NCBI GenBank assembly: GCA_026397315.1
Contig: JAPLVC010000002.1
Span: 27,184 to 91,183 of the forward strand
DNA from: Candidatus Aenigmatarchaeota archaeon
Lineage (GTDB): Archaea; Aenigmatarchaeota; Aenigmatarchaeia; QMZP01; QMZT01
Direction of reading: 5' to 3'
Length of the DNA stretch: 64,000 bases
In this document: piece by piece, positions 1 to 9,564 of the stretch
Numbering within the stretch: position 1 is the first letter of the stretch
Layout: each line of letters begins with the position of its first letter
Position numbers and translations under genes: made by a program
The notes under the pieces: model-generated
The model's input: only the letters and a program-made list of their open reading frames with translations
Database searches by the model: none
Told to the model about the DNA's origin: nothing

Positions 1-19
1 CGTCTTAATAGCGAATCTC

Positions 20-1378
20 ATGAAAAAAAAGAAGATACCTGACGCTTTCTTCCTTCTCCTGCTTGGCCTCGTGCTTGGACCGACTGTTTTCATGAATCCC
101 GCCGTAACGCAATATGTTCACCTCACGCTGGTCGACGTAAGTGCGATGGGCGCGATACCTGACTTCCTGAGAACGCTAGCCATCATCCTTACGGTTTTCG
201 TCGCGATGTTCAACTTGCGATGGGACGTTTTCAAAAAATTCTCAAGCGTGTCCATAAACCTGGCGATAGTCGGCGTCGTGTTCAACACGGCTTTCGCCGG
301 CCTTGTCGCGCATCTCATGTTTGGCTTGAATCCGATTTATGCCCTGCTGCTCGGAGCCGTCATAAGCGGAACGGGGACCGGAGTCATACTTACCTTCAAG
401 GATTCGCTCGCGAAATACAAGAACTCGCTTACTGTGATAAACGTCGAATCAATATTCAACTCGCCGTTCGCTGCGATATTCCTGCTGCTTTTCCTTGGCA
501 TGGTAACCATGGAACCGGGGGCGCTTTTCGAGCCAATCAAATATGGCGGACAGCTGTGGCTCATGATAGTCGCGGGCCTTGGCACCGGCGTTCTTGTCGG
601 CCTGGCGGTCTCGAAGCTTATGAAAACAATGCTCAGCCAGTATTCATCGCTCATATTGTTTTCGATAGCGCTGATAACTTACGCGCTCGCGGAGAATGTC
701 GGCGGCTCCGGCATCCTGGCGGTCGCGGTATGCGGCCTGGTGGCAGGAAATTTCGGCTTTCCTGAAAAGGAAAGGAGTCAGGTTAACACGTTTGATGACC
801 AGTTTTCCGAGATGCTCAGGATCTCGATATTCACGCTTCTCGGGGCGCAGGTCATGCTGATTTTCGACCCGAGCCAGCTGATCCTGAGTTTCGCATTCTT
901 CCTGATACTATTCTTAATAAGGCCAATTTTCGTCATCCCCCTGCTCGGTAAGGAAAGAAGCAAATACAGCAAGAAGGACATCATGGTAATGAGTTTCATA
1001 GCGCCTAAAGGCGATTCCGAGGCGGCTTTAGCGCCGCTTGTCGCTGCAACGCTCATCGGCGCAGGCGCGCTGGAAGCAGGCAACCAGATAATGAACATAA
1101 TATTCCTGGTCATACTGTTCTCCATACTTTTCTCGACCATAGTTGCTGTTTTAATGGGCACCAAGAGAGTTCAGGAGATTTCATTTAATTTTCCGAAAAG
1201 GGAAGCGAAAGAAAGCGGAGACGCCGAAGAGAAAAAGAAAAAGCCGCACACTGATAAGGAGAAGTTTCACGACGCCAAGCTGGACGACTTCGAAGAGGAG
1301 AAAGAGCCGCCCAAAAAACTGGAAGAAGAATACGCGGAAATAAAGGCGCCTAAAGAGAAAAGAGCCAAAAAGAAATAA
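20..1378 (+). CDS. Cation:proton antiporter (CPA1/NhaP-like) with charged C-terminal tail
   Basis: 452 aa, about 12 hydrophobic segments, ESIFN in place of the usual ES..ND motif, Lys/Glu-rich tail. Confidence 0.85.
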   Translation: MKKKKIPDAFFLLLLGLVLGPTVFMNPAVTQYVHLTLVDVSAMGAIPDFLRTLAIILTVFVAMFNLRWDVFKKFSSVSINLAIVGVVFNTAFAGLVAHLMFGLNPIYALLLGAVISGTGTGVILTFKDSLAKYKNSLTVINVESIFNSPFAAIFLLLFLGMVTMEPGALFEPIKYGGQLWLMIVAGLGTGVLVGLAVSKLMKTMLSQYSSLILFSIALITYALAENVGGSGILAVAVCGLVAGNFGFPEKERSQVNTFDDQFSEMLRISIFTLLGAQVMLIFDPSQLILSFAFFLILFLIRPIFVIPLLGKERSKYSKKDIMVMSFIAPKGDSEAALAPLVAATLIGAGALEAGNQIMNIIFLVILFSILFSTIVAVLMGTKRVQEISFNFPKREAKESGDAEEKKKKPHTDKEKFHDAKLDDFEEEKEPPKKLEEEYAEIKAPKEKRAKKK

Positions 1379-1383
1379 TTATT

Positions 1384-2724
1384 TTATTTCTTGAGCGACA
1401 TCTCGAGCTTATCTATCGCTTCATCTATCTCTGCCTCGTTCACGGTCAGCGGCGGTCGGAAACGAATCGACCGAGGCCATGACGAGAGAACGGCGAGCCC
1501 GTTCTTCCAGCAGTGCATGCGAAGCATGTCCCTGGATTTTTCATCCGGCATCTCGAAGGCCAGCATGCAGCCGAGGCCGCGGACGTTCGATATGTCGTCG
1601 CGCTTCTCGTCCAGTTCGTTCAGTCGCTGCAGGAAATACTTGCCCATCTTTTCCGCGTTTTTCAGCAGCTTGTCCTCGACCATGATTTCTATGTAGCGCT
1701 TGCCGCGCACCATGTCGACAAGGTTGCCGCCCCACGTGGAATTGATTCTGCTTGAAACATGGAACACGTTGTCCTTCACCTCATCGACTCTCGCATTCGC
1801 CATTATGCCGCAGACCTGAGTTTTCTTGCCGAAAGCGACAATATCCGGTTCCACTCCGTGGTGTTCGTATGCCCACCACTTGCCTGTCGCTCCCAGGCCG
1901 GTCTGCACTTCGTCAACGATGAACATGATGTCGTTCTTCCTGCACAGCGCTTCGAGGTCCTGGAAGAATTCGTGGCGGAAATGGTTCTCGCCTCCCTCGC
2001 CCTGTATCGGCTCTATTATCAGTCCGCATATGTCCTTGCCGTGCCTCTTGAGCGCGGAGTTTATCTGGGCCAGTGCTTTCTCCTCTGTTTTTATCACGTC
2101 CGCCAGCACCTCGCGCGTCACAGGGAAGCTCAGTTTGGGATTGATGATGCGCGGCCACTTGAACTTCGGGAAGTATTTTATCTTGGTCTCGGCTGTATTG
2201 GTCAGCGATAGCGTATATCCACTTCGCCCATGGAAAGCCTCCTTGAAGTGCATAACCTGCGAACCAAGCTCTTTTTTCGAGCCGGCGGCGAGGTTCTTGC
2301 GTATCTTCCAGTCCATCGCCGTTTTCAGGGCGTTCTCGACCGCGAGCGCTCCGCCCGCTATGAAAAACAGATGCTTCATGTGGCGCGGCTTTGCGTATTT
2401 GGTGAAAATCTCCACGAAGCTGGCGAACGAATCGGTATAAACGTCCGAGTTCGCCGGGTTCTCGATCGCGGCCGCCTGCAGCTCGCGCAGAAAGCGTTTG
2501 TCGAACATTTTCGGGTGGTTGTGGCCTATGGGCAGCGTCGCGAAATACGTGTACATGTCCAGGTACTTCTTCCCGTTCCGCGCGTCGACCATGTAACTGC
2601 CCTGCGAGCGCTTGAGGTCGACGACGACGTGGAAGCCGTCAACAAGAATATGGTTCGCTAGCGCATTCACGACTTTGCCGGGCTTCACGTCCTCTGCGAG
2701 AAACCTGCTTTTGAGCAATGCCAT
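1384..2724 (-). CDS. lat: L-lysine 6-transaminase (class III PLP aminotransferase)
   Basis: AFHGRSGYTLSLTN, EPIQGEGG, DEVQTG, FGKKTQVCG (PLP Lys), RINSTWGGN motifs typical of Lat. Confidence 0.9.
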   Translation of the reverse strand: MALLKSRFLAEDVKPGKVVNALANHILVDGFHVVVDLKRSQGSYMVDARNGKKYLDMYTYFATLPIGHNHPKMFDKRFLRELQAAAIENPANSDVYTDSFASFVEIFTKYAKPRHMKHLFFIAGGALAVENALKTAMDWKIRKNLAAGSKKELGSQVMHFKEAFHGRSGYTLSLTNTAETKIKYFPKFKWPRIINPKLSFPVTREVLADVIKTEEKALAQINSALKRHGKDICGLIIEPIQGEGGENHFRHEFFQDLEALCRKNDIMFIVDEVQTGLGATGKWWAYEHHGVEPDIVAFGKKTQVCGIMANARVDEVKDNVFHVSSRINSTWGGNLVDMVRGKRYIEIMVEDKLLKNAEKMGKYFLQRLNELDEKRDDISNVRGLGCMLAFEMPDEKSRDMLRMHCWKNGLAVLSSWPRSIRFRPPLTVNEAEIDEAIDKLEMSLKK

Positions 2725-2783
2725 GATTAATATTTGTCCGACCTAATAAAATTGATTTTCAAAAATCGGAATATCCGCGGGCT

Positions 2784-3044
2784 TTATTGGATGTATTTCT
2801 TCATGTTTTTTTCGGCTGCCATGTCATTGCGCCCAATGAACAGGCATGCCGTAAGGGCGCCTGCCAGAACGGCCGCCAGCATGTTGTACTCATGTGCATG
2901 GGGGCTGAATGCCATCATATCTATGTAATTATCCATGGCAGTCTCCAAGCCGGGAATTTTATGGCACGCGGCACGAATACCGCTGTCCAACATGTCAATG
3001 GTTTTATACAAAGGTGTTCCAACTTCCAGAACCGGAATGGCCAT
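2784..3044 (-). CDS. Small hypothetical membrane protein
   Basis: 86 aa ORF filling the gap, one C-terminal hydrophobic helix. Confidence 0.5.
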   Translation of the reverse strand: MAIPVLEVGTPLYKTIDMLDSGIRAACHKIPGLETAMDNYIDMMAFSPHAHEYNMLAAVLAGALTACLFIGRNDMAAEKNMKKYIQ

Positions 3045-3126
3045 GAATATTATTTGACAGAAAAATTTTTAAGAAATATGTGCGCCAAGATTACTATTTT
3101 ATTCAAAGATACCCTAAAATAATATT

Positions 3127-3669
3127 ATGGGGCTTTTCGGCAAGGACGCCAGGGAGATACTGGTTTCCCAGATGGTGCTCATATCCATAGGCATCGTCAC
3201 CGGCACCATCCTGGCCATATCCACGGACAAGATACTCTTGGTGCCTGGCATGCTGATATTGCTGCCCGGCTTTCTCGAAATGAGGGGCAATATAAGCGGC
3301 ACCTTCGCTTCAAGGCTGAGCTCAGGGCTTTTCCTCGGGATAGTAAAGCCGGACAAATACGGGACAAGGATAGTCAAGGGTAACCTTATAGCGTCGTTTT
3401 TGCTGGTGCTCGCGGTCACACTAATACTCGGCGTGATCGCATTCCTGATAACTCTTTTCATGTTCGGTATTTTTTCGTTAAGGATAATTGCAATACCGCT
3501 GGTCGCTGGTCTGATAGCGAATGCCATTGAAATCCCTCTTACGCTTTTCATGACATTTTATTTTTTCAGGAAGGGCCATGACCCCAACAACATAATAGGG
3601 CCGTTCGTCAGCACCAGCGGCGACATAACAAGCATAGTCTCGATGCTGATAGCCTTGGTGATAATATGA
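3127..3669 (+). CDS. MgtE/SLC41-type divalent cation transporter, membrane domain (subunit 1)
   Basis: MRGNISGTFASRLSS and DPNN...P...GD motifs of the MgtE membrane domain. Confidence 0.85.
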   Translation: MGLFGKDAREILVSQMVLISIGIVTGTILAISTDKILLVPGMLILLPGFLEMRGNISGTFASRLSSGLFLGIVKPDKYGTRIVKGNLIASFLLVLAVTLILGVIAFLITLFMFGIFSLRIIAIPLVAGLIANAIEIPLTLFMTFYFFRKGHDPNNIIGPFVSTSGDITSIVSMLIALVII

Positions 3670-4376
3670 ATTTCGCCAAAAAACATCCGGCGCACAGGCA
3701 CCTGCGCAGGCTTACCAAGGTGAAGAGGCAGCACTACCACCCGCTCATACACAAGATTCACAAGGAGCATAACATCTCGAAGAAGACGCTTTTCTACGTC
3801 AAGGAGTATGGTCCCCATTCCAACGTGCCAAGGACCATCCTCAAGGAAAGCATACGCATCCTCATGTTCGCCTCGCTCATAAGCTCTTTCGGCGGCCTGG
3901 CAATCGAGAACATAAAATCGCTTTTCATCGCCATAGTCCCCTTGGTCATAATGCTGCCGGTACTCAATGACATGATAGGAGATTACGGCACCATAATATC
4001 GTCCAGGTTCTCGACGCTGCTGCATGAAGGCAGGATCAAGAGGGACTGGTGGAAAAACATGGAGCTGAGAAGGCTTTTCATCCAGGTGGTTTCCATATCT
4101 TTACTGACGACCCTTCTAAGCTCTGCGCTTTCGCTTTCCATAGCGGCAATAACCGGCTACGCCGTCAACCCGGGCATTATTTTCAAGATCGTGGCGGTTG
4201 CCACGCTGGATGTCCTCCTGCTGGTATGCGTGCTTTTTATCGTAGCGGTCCTGGCAGGCATACATTTTTTCAGGAAAGGCGAGGACCCGAACAACTTCCT
4301 CATCCCGATAACCACATCTATCGCCGATTTCGGCAACATGATAGTGCTGTCGCTGCTCGTGCTGTTGCTGTTCTAG
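3666..4376 (+). CDS. MgtE/SLC41-type transporter membrane domain (subunit 2) with His-rich N-terminus
   Basis: DPNNFLIPITTSIAD motif; ATGA overlap with the upstream paralog. Confidence 0.8.
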   Translation: MNFAKKHPAHRHLRRLTKVKRQHYHPLIHKIHKEHNISKKTLFYVKEYGPHSNVPRTILKESIRILMFASLISSFGGLAIENIKSLFIAIVPLVIMLPVLNDMIGDYGTIISSRFSTLLHEGRIKRDWWKNMELRRLFIQVVSISLLTTLLSSALSLSIAAITGYAVNPGIIFKIVAVATLDVLLLVCVLFIVAVLAGIHFFRKGEDPNNFLIPITTSIADFGNMIVLSLLVLLLF

Positions 4377-4387
4377 AATAAACGGCT

Positions 4388-4957
4388 TCACTTGGGTTTC
4401 ATTGAGTATATCGGGAAATAATCCGCGAAAACGCCTGTCTTCGCGAACTTCTTTTCGACTATGTTGAAATACTTTGTCAGGCGGCTCTCGAAAAGCTTTG
4501 CGGTCTTGCTGAATACGAGCGAGCGCATGACCACGGAGCCGTCATCCCTTAGAATCTCCTTCATCCGCTCGTAGAACTTTTCCGTGTTGAAAGGAGCGAC
4601 GTTCGAAAGTATGTGATCGCTGAAAATCATGTCGAAGCTCGCCTTTTTCAGGGGCAGTCTGATGATGTCGCCCTCCAGCCACTCCTCGGCCTTGTTCTTT
4701 TTCTTCATGAGCTTGCTCGTCCTTTCTATGACCTCGAGGTCGTTCGCGATGACGGTCGCCCGTATGTTCATCCTGGCGGCGAGCTCGCGCAGTTCGGGGC
4801 TGCAGCCCAGTATGAGGATCCTGGCGTCGCTCTTCTGCCTGACCAGTTCCTTAAGGCAGTTCTCAAAAACAGACATCTCGCTATCGCATGGTTTTGTCAT
4901 GGCCGTGTGGTGGTGTCCGTCGCTTTCGGACGTACCTTTAGTCAGTGGCAGTTTCAT
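4388..4957 (-). CDS. Class I SAM-dependent methyltransferase
   Basis: ILILGCSPE motif I variant, EGDI..LP, SFDMIFSD. Confidence 0.7.
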   Translation of the reverse strand: MKLPLTKGTSESDGHHHTAMTKPCDSEMSVFENCLKELVRQKSDARILILGCSPELRELAARMNIRATVIANDLEVIERTSKLMKKKNKAEEWLEGDIIRLPLKKASFDMIFSDHILSNVAPFNTEKFYERMKEILRDDGSVVMRSLVFSKTAKLFESRLTKYFNIVEKKFAKTGVFADYFPIYSMKPK

Positions 4958-5004
4958 GCTATTTATTTGGACGCTCGTTTTATATTCGTTTTATGGGCGT
5001 TTTC

Positions 5005-5679
5005 ATGGATGAACGTGAGGTAAATAAGGGCAGCATAATATTCGTGCCTACTTCGCATATCGCGGGGGAAAGCGTAAACCACGTGAAGGAAGCGATAGCG
5101 AAGGAAAGGCCGGATTGCGTTGCCGTCGAGTTGGACGCGGGCAGATATCACGCGCTTAGCGTGCAGCATACGAAAAATACCCTCGAAACCGTCCGGCTGC
5201 TTGGGGTATCGACGTTCGCTCTCTTCTGGATAATGAAGAAGCTGCAGGACTATCTGGGCAGCAGGACGGGCATACTGCCAGGCTCGGACATGCTCGCGGG
5301 AGTTGAAACGGCCAAAGCGAATGGCATCACAGTCGCTCTTATAGACCAGCCCATAGGCGCCACTTTCTACAAAATAAAAAAACTGCCGGTTGCGGAGAAG
5401 ATGAAGCTGCTGAAATTGCTGTTTCTGGCCGTCATAGGCATAGCCGCACCACTGGGTAAGAAGGAGAAAATAGACCTTGACAGGCTGCCTCCGGGAAAAC
5501 TGATAAAAGAGGCCATGACGTTCCTCGAGAACGAGCTCCCGGGCTTCTACCGCATACTGGTCAGCGAGCGCAACGCCGTGATGGCGGCCAACCTGCAGGA
5601 GCTGGCTTGCAGGTTCCCGAAAACGGTCTGCGTGATAGGTGCAGCGCACGAAAGCGGCATAAAAAGTCTGCTGCGCTAG
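5005..5679 (+). CDS. TraB/PrgY-domain protein
   Basis: PTSH, PDCVAVELD, PGSDM, LIDQPI, ERNAVMA, VIGAAH motifs; ATG at 5005 chosen. Confidence 0.85.
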   Translation: MDEREVNKGSIIFVPTSHIAGESVNHVKEAIAKERPDCVAVELDAGRYHALSVQHTKNTLETVRLLGVSTFALFWIMKKLQDYLGSRTGILPGSDMLAGVETAKANGITVALIDQPIGATFYKIKKLPVAEKMKLLKLLFLAVIGIAAPLGKKEKIDLDRLPPGKLIKEAMTFLENELPGFYRILVSERNAVMAANLQELACRFPKTVCVIGAAHESGIKSLLR

Positions 5680-5683
5680 CGCT

Positions 5684-6007
5684 TTAACTGGCCCTGTTTT
5701 TCATGGCCATAAAGTAATCGACCGTCATTTCCTGCGGCGACTTCTCCTTGTAATATGTGGGATTCATGACCACCACGTTGTCGTGGAACTGCCTTGAGGT
5801 TGCGTGGGTCGTGTCTATTATGTCCCACCTGTGGGCCCTTTTGACGGAGGGGATGTGCTCGTATTCTTCTCCCTGGTTCAGGACCTTATAGCTGTTGTAT
5901 TTAGGCTTGAGAAGGGCGAATTCTATCGTCATGAATACCCTGCCGGCTATGAAGCCTATGCCAAGATAGCACAGATACACGATAGTTGTGATGTCGACTA
6001 GCGCCAT
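5684..6007 (-). CDS. Hypothetical protein with N-terminal TM helix
   Basis: 107 aa ORF with ATG start, no overlap with neighbours. Confidence 0.6.
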   Translation of the reverse strand: MALVDITTIVYLCYLGIGFIAGRVFMTIEFALLKPKYNSYKVLNQGEEYEHIPSVKRAHRWDIIDTTHATSRQFHDNVVVMNPTYYKEKSPQEMTVDYFMAMKNRAS

Positions 6008-6151
6008 TATATTACCATTTAGTTATGATAAGAAAATGCAATATAATGCTATGTTAGTTGATTTTTCTATACCAAGTATTAACATTTATTTTAGGAAATA
6101 TACTTAATACGAACAATAAATGTTTATATATACTACTATGTATTTTAATGC

Positions 6152-6988
6152 ATGGACGTCAGAAATATCCAGAAATCAGGCAACGCCTACTACGTATATC
6201 TGCCCACAAGCTGGTGCAAGCAGAACAGCGTATCCCCGAAGTCCAAGATATCTTTCGACATGTCTTCCAAAGGCAGTCTTGTCGTCTCTCCTTACATATC
6301 CGAGAGGCAGGAAAAGACGCTAAACCTGAAGATACCAGAAAACGACATGTTCATAATCAATATGTTCATAGCGGGCGCATACATCAATCCGGTCAAGTCG
6401 TTCACGATCCAGCTGGACAAGGAAGTCAAGTCGCTCGACATAGTGGACCACAAGAAGATATTAAGCGGCGTGGAACTGGTCGAGTTCGACAACAAGAAAA
6501 TTTCTTGCGAATCGGTCGTTTCAATCGAGGATCCGGATCTCGTCATAGGCATAATGACCCGCAAGCTCATAGCCATGATAAACTCCATCATAAGCAACGA
6601 GAGCAAGGAACTGATTGAAAAATACGAGGACGAGGTCGACAGGAGCAAGATCCTGGTCTACAAGTCCGTCGTCAGCTCCATGATGTTCAAGCGCGTCTGC
6701 AAGCTCCGCCACATAGAGCTGCTCTACATCATGAACATAGCGCGCGACTTGGAAGCGATAGGCGATCATCTCATGGAAACCACAGACAAAAACAAGGTGA
6801 TGTTGAAAGAGCTTCTACTGGGCATAAAAATCCTAGGTGAGACGATAAAGAACATCAATCAGCAGAACGTCCTCAACTTCCTGCGCGAGGTGAAGAGCTT
6901 CAGCGGCAAACACAACACAAAATACAGCAGCCACATGAAGAGCATCGGCGAGTCCCTGGTCGACTGGCTCATCACCAACATGATTTAA
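6152..6988 (+). CDS. Archaeal phosphate uptake regulator (AbrB-like N-domain plus PhoU)
   Basis: RNIQKSGNAYYVYLPTSW AbrB motif; EDEVDR and ARDLEAIGDH PhoU motifs. Confidence 0.85.
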   Translation: MDVRNIQKSGNAYYVYLPTSWCKQNSVSPKSKISFDMSSKGSLVVSPYISERQEKTLNLKIPENDMFIINMFIAGAYINPVKSFTIQLDKEVKSLDIVDHKKILSGVELVEFDNKKISCESVVSIEDPDLVIGIMTRKLIAMINSIISNESKELIEKYEDEVDRSKILVYKSVVSSMMFKRVCKLRHIELLYIMNIARDLEAIGDHLMETTDKNKVMLKELLLGIKILGETIKNINQQNVLNFLREVKSFSGKHNTKYSSHMKSIGESLVDWLITNMI

Positions 6989-7054
6989 TATTTTCTGATT
7001 TTAACAGCATTTAGGACAGCATCAGTTTAAAAAATTTACCATGAAAATTATAAA

Positions 7055-7348
7055 ATGGCAACAGACAGAAAACTTTTTGAAGCCGTTGCGCATTCTGTTA
7101 AGAAGCATTACGGCTCGAACAGAACTATGGCAAGGGATGTGTACGAAGAAATAGGCGGCTATCCGACTAACGGTTCAATTGATTTGTTCTTATCCGTAAT
7201 TGACCGCGAAGGGCAGGTTTTCGGCGACGCGGACGCTTTAATCGTGCATAAAACCAGGAGTCTAGGCGATGGCCTGGCGGCCGCAACCAGAGGGCTTGTT
7301 AATGGCTACAAAGAGTTCCTGACGGAAAAAAATAAAACCACACAGTAA
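7055..7348 (+). CDS. Hypothetical protein
   Basis: 97 aa ORF preceded by a TTTAAAAA TATA-like box. Confidence 0.55.
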   Translation: MATDRKLFEAVAHSVKKHYGSNRTMARDVYEEIGGYPTNGSIDLFLSVIDREGQVFGDADALIVHKTRSLGDGLAAATRGLVNGYKEFLTEKNKTTQ

Positions 7349-7375
7349 ATTTTTATTGATTTTATTATTTTTATT

Positions 7376-8563
7376 TCAAGGCTTGAACCACTCTATCTCG
7401 TAGTATTCATATTTTGAGCCGGGCAGGACTATCTTCTTCAGCTCGTAATAGGTTATGCTCGTCTCCCTGTCCGTGATCGAGAGTAACAGGTTCAGGCCCA
7501 TGTCCTTGGCCATGTTGAGCAGCGAAGCGAGCTCTACGCCCCCGATGTGCTCGTCCTCCGATACCGCAATCAGCATATAGCGTGGCTTGTCCTTCGGCGT
7601 CTCGCGCACCCACGCCCCGTTGCCCATCTTCCTGCGGTAGGCGACGAAATCGACCGGCAGCTCCTTGTAGTCGCTTTTCTTCAGCTCCGGCACGCCGAGT
7701 ATGAACGTCTTCTTCACTCCATGCGCGACGCGCACCGCGCGCGACCATTCTGAAATGAGCAGCTTCTCCTCTTTCGGGAAGACGTGCAGCACGTGCTTCG
7801 AGTGTATCCACTCTTCGCCTTTTACTGGCGACGCGCCCGGGAAATAAATCCTGAAGTGAGAGCCGAACTTGAAGCCGGACTTGACCACGTATCCTTTCAT
7901 CCTCCAGTCCTCATAGACGTCGTAAAGCTGCTTGGCGTATTCGCGTTTTTTGGCGACCTCTTTAATCAGCTTCAACGGCGTGACCTTCCTGCCGTTCGCG
8001 ACGTTCACTACGTCGACTCCCAGGTGCTTGGCTAAGAATATGGTTTCGAAGAAGTCGAGCTTCGACTGTCTGCCGCGCTCCTGCTTGTAGACGCCGTATT
8101 GGCCGAGCCAGTATTTGTTGAATATCTCCAAGCCCGCTTCCTCATTGTCCAGCACCGAGAAAAGCGAGTCGGGATACCAGTACGCCTTAGCGCTTATCGC
8201 GGCGGGTTCGAATTTCTGGTCAGGGTATTTTTTGAAAGTCTTTTTTGAATGTTTGCCATGGATGCTCGGCCTGTATCTCCTCACGACGAGACCGCGGTCC
8301 CTCCAGTCGCGGTAGGCGTTGTAGCGGATGAACAGGCGCGGCTCGTCCCTGACGAAGTGTTTCGCCAGCGAGTTGAAGTCCATTTCCTTCCCTTCCGCGT
8401 CGCGCATGATGGCGTTCCTGAAAAGCATGAGATACATCGCTTCTTCCGGCATCAGGACTATGGTTTCCCCGTCCCTGTCGCCGAAGAAGTCGCTGGCCAG
8501 TTTTCCGACTGTCTCAGGTTCCGTGGCTGCAATCTTCCCGGTGTCGAATCTTAGCTCTAACAT
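7376..8563 (-). CDS. endA: tRNA splicing endonuclease, three-unit epsilon2 type
   Basis: KSGFKFGSHFRIY, catalytic triad Y240/H254/K285, alphaN-alpha-betaC layout, GQYGVYK loop (K160), C-terminal YYEIEWFKP. Confidence 0.92.
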   Translation of the reverse strand: MLELRFDTGKIAATEPETVGKLASDFFGDRDGETIVLMPEEAMYLMLFRNAIMRDAEGKEMDFNSLAKHFVRDEPRLFIRYNAYRDWRDRGLVVRRYRPSIHGKHSKKTFKKYPDQKFEPAAISAKAYWYPDSLFSVLDNEEAGLEIFNKYWLGQYGVYKQERGRQSKLDFFETIFLAKHLGVDVVNVANGRKVTPLKLIKEVAKKREYAKQLYDVYEDWRMKGYVVKSGFKFGSHFRIYFPGASPVKGEEWIHSKHVLHVFPKEEKLLISEWSRAVRVAHGVKKTFILGVPELKKSDYKELPVDFVAYRRKMGNGAWVRETPKDKPRYMLIAVSEDEHIGGVELASLLNMAKDMGLNLLLSITDRETSITYYELKKIVLPGSKYEYYEIEWFKP

Positions 8564-8613
8564 AGTAACACATTATGGAATGCTTCCTATTAAATAAGTT
8601 GTGCGAGCCGAAA

Positions 8614-9198
8614 TTAATAACCGGCCCTCTTGAAAGAGAACCTGCCGGTATAGCCGCCCAACGCGTTACTCAGGCCTGCGCGCTCGCCGTGGAAGTGGTT
8701 GAACATCTTGCCTCCGCACGGGCGGCTGGCGGTTTCTTCGTAGTTCTGCGTCTTTTTGGTCGTGGTTTTCGCGGCAAGGATGTTTCCGAAATCGTCTTTA
8801 TCGTTTCCCAGCCTGATGCCGTAGAAGTTTCGATAGGCGCTGCATCCAGGACAGCCGCATCCAAGTTTGTGACCCCTGTCAAACGGGCTTACGATCTCCG
8901 TTTCTTTGGACGTCTCTTCCTTTTTTGGCGCCTCCGGCTTGGCGCTGCCATACGCTTCGCTAATGCCTTCCTTTATGATTTTCTCGTAAGCCTTGAGCTT
9001 TTCGTGATACCGTTTCAGCTCTTCCTTGAGGTCGCCGTAGCTCTCGGCATATTCCTCGTCTTCATCATCCTCTTTGTTGTCTTTGCTTTTCTCTGTCGTT
9101 TCGTCCAGCAGTTCCTTTATTTTAACCAGCTCTTCGATAAAGGAAATGCTAAGCAAGTCAAGCTCTTTCGCGCTTTCAGCCAAGTTTTTGTCAACCAT
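8614..9198 (-). CDS. Hypothetical coiled-coil protein with HxxGCxCxxC motif
   Basis: 194 aa, acidic helical N-half, GHKLGCGCPGC. Confidence 0.6.
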   Translation of the reverse strand: MVDKNLAESAKELDLLSISFIEELVKIKELLDETTEKSKDNKEDDEDEEYAESYGDLKEELKRYHEKLKAYEKIIKEGISEAYGSAKPEAPKKEETSKETEIVSPFDRGHKLGCGCPGCSAYRNFYGIRLGNDKDDFGNILAAKTTTKKTQNYEETASRPCGGKMFNHFHGERAGLSNALGGYTGRFSFKRAGY

Positions 9199-9202
9199 GC
9201 AA

Positions 9203-9484
9203 TCACTGCGGGAAGATGCTCACGACATAAACGTATTCGACGGGCGCGTCAGAAAGGTTTTTGACGTTGTGGCTGACGCCTTCCTTTATGTAATGCGCCT
9301 CTCCTTCAACGACTCTGTGATATTTGCCGTTTTTTACCACGGCCGCCTCGCCCCTGAGAACTATTATTACTTCTTCCCTGGCGGTTGTCACGTGCTCGCC
9401 CACTTCCTCGCCAGGCATGAGCACGACCTTGCCGCTTTTCAAGGCCCTGCTTTCGGGAGGGCGGACTATTTGAGTGTTTTTCAT
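9203..9484 (-). CDS. Cupin-domain protein
   Basis: GEHVT..REE...VLRG and YIKEGVSHNVKN cupin motifs. Confidence 0.85.
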   Translation of the reverse strand: MKNTQIVRPPESRALKSGKVVLMPGEEVGEHVTTAREEVIIVLRGEAAVVKNGKYHRVVEGEAHYIKEGVSHNVKNLSDAPVEYVYVVSIFPQ

Positions 9485-9564
9485 CGTGATTATTTGATTT
9501 TCTTACTAATATTTTTCGCGGCTGTCGGGCAAGTTTTTATTAGAAAAGGCATGCACTATTAAAT

